Below are positions 63,268 through 64,000 of a stretch of 64,000 bases of DNA, in pieces. Position 1 is the stretch's first letter; each line of letters opens with the position of its first letter. The stretch lies in NCBI GenBank assembly GCA_041483135.1, contig JBGPFE010000017.1:5546-69545 (forward strand), in the 5' to 3' direction. Below the pieces are notes generated by a model. It saw only the letters and a program-made list of their open reading frames with translations, was not told the origin of the DNA and did not search any database. The translations under genes were made by a program, and so were the position numbers. This stretch comes from Gammaproteobacteria bacterium. GTDB taxonomy: Bacteria > Pseudomonadota > Gammaproteobacteria > Burkholderiales > SG8-41.

Positions 63268-64000
63268 AGATTATCAAGCGCTATCTGTCGGCGGAGATCA
63301 CCGCTTCCACGCTGCTGGTGTTCACGGCGTTGTTGATGCTGTTTGCGTTCCTCGATTTGATTCACGAGTTGGGGGAGTTGGGTAAAGGCACCTACCGGCT
63401 GCTCCACATCATGGCGTATGTGCTGTTGAGCCTACCCGGCCATGCCTATGAATTGTTTCCGATCGCCGCCCTGATCGGTACGTTGTTCGCGCTCGCGCAG
63501 CTGGTCGCAAATTCCGAATACACTGTGATGCGCGTCTCGGGCGTATCGATTTCGCGCATGGCGTTGACGCTGGTCGAGGTCGGGCTGCTGTTTTCGGTGC
63601 TGACGTTTGTCACCGGCGAGCTCGTCGCGCCACCCGCCGAGCAGTTTGCGCAGCAGTTGCGTGCCAGGGCCATCACCGGCGTGATCGCCCAGGAATTTCG
63701 TTCAGGCCTGTGGGTCAAGGACGAGCGCAACTTCGTCAACGTCTCGCAGGTGCTGCCGGATTCGGTGCTGGTGGGAGTCAAAATCTACGAATTCGACAGC
63801 GAGCATCGGTTGCGCAGGATCAGCCTGGCCCAGCGTGGCGAATATCTGAAAAATAACTTGTGGCGGCTGCGCGAAGTGGTGCAGACCAACTTCGAGGGCG
63901 ACAAAACGTCGGTTAGCCGCATCGCCGAAGCCACCTGGCGCTCGGTGCTCGAGCCTAACCTGCTCAGCGTGCTGCTGGTGGCGCCCGAGCAGATGTCGGC
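63264..64000 (+). CDS. lptG: LPS export ABC permease LptG (partial, runs off the right edge)
   Basis: MKIIKRYLSAEITASTLLVFTALLMLFAFLDLIHELGELGKGTY is the typical LptG N-terminus. Open to the window end. Confidence 0.85.
   Translation, partial: MKIIKRYLSAEITASTLLVFTALLMLFAFLDLIHELGELGKGTYRLLHIMAYVLLSLPGHAYELFPIAALIGTLFALAQLVANSEYTVMRVSGVSISRMALTLVEVGLLFSVLTFVTGELVAPPAEQFAQQLRARAITGVIAQEFRSGLWVKDERNFVNVSQVLPDSVLVGVKIYEFDSEHRLRRISLAQRGEYLKNNLWRLREVVQTNFEGDKTSVSRIAEATWRSVLEPNLLSVLLVAPEQMS

Noticed and set aside
1-64000. Scan for CRISPR arrays, rRNA/tRNA genes, IS elements, toxin-antitoxin pairs or known defence genes
   Set aside because: By eye I found no regularly spaced repeats, tRNA-like cloverleaf regions, transposase or integrase motifs, or nuclease/helicase defence signatures. 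A tRNAscan, Infernal or PADLOC run would be needed to exclude small elements.

Overview
GC-rich proteobacterial chromosome segment. Gene content (truncated sox plus sHdr sulfur oxidation, pepA-holC-valS and lptFG synteny, sigma-54 pilins) suggests a sulfur-oxidising betaproteobacterium; this is inference only, because no search was possible. Layout: (i) 0.1-9.1 kb is a signalling cluster: PP2C phosphatase, double-FHA protein, sigma-54-driven CHASE2 adenylate cyclase translationally coupled to a class-II cyclic-nucleotide phosphodiesterase, an orphan GAF-GspE/PilB-type ATPase, and a GAF-HD-GYP protein. (ii) 9.1-32.5 kb is an accessory island of ten glycosyltransferase domains (six TPR+GT9-like paralogs, four of them in tandem; two TPR+GT41/SPY-like; one GT8-like; one GT2-FkbM fusion), seven methyltransferase domains and a 2OG-Fe(II) oxygenase-like protein. 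It has no sugar-nucleotide synthesis, flippase or lipid-carrier genes, and it encloses two tandem type IVa pilin genes, each with its own sigma-54 promoter. (iii) 32.6-36.8 kb is soxYZAXB, with no soxCD in the window. (iv) 36.9-42.4 kb holds moaC, a BepA-like M48 peptidase, chrA, a Ser/Thr kinase fused to a cNMP-binding domain, and a small unknown ORF. (v) 42.7-54.4 kb is tusA-hdrC1B1A-hyp-hdrC2B2-lbpA plus a dedicated lipoate-assembly set (two radical-SAM proteins, lipoate-protein ligase, FAD oxidoreductase). (vi) 54.5-64 kb holds two unknown ORFs, an MFS transporter, valS (with an in-frame 208-codon upstream extension), holC, pepA, lptF and partial lptG. I saw no rRNA, tRNA, CRISPR array, transposase or integrase. 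The best candidates for undescribed biology are the pilin-embedded TPR-glycosyltransferase/methyltransferase island and the cAMP/GAF/FHA cluster built around an orphan secretion-type ATPase. Both are linked by near-identical sigma-54 promoters. All family calls rest on motifs read by eye from the translations.
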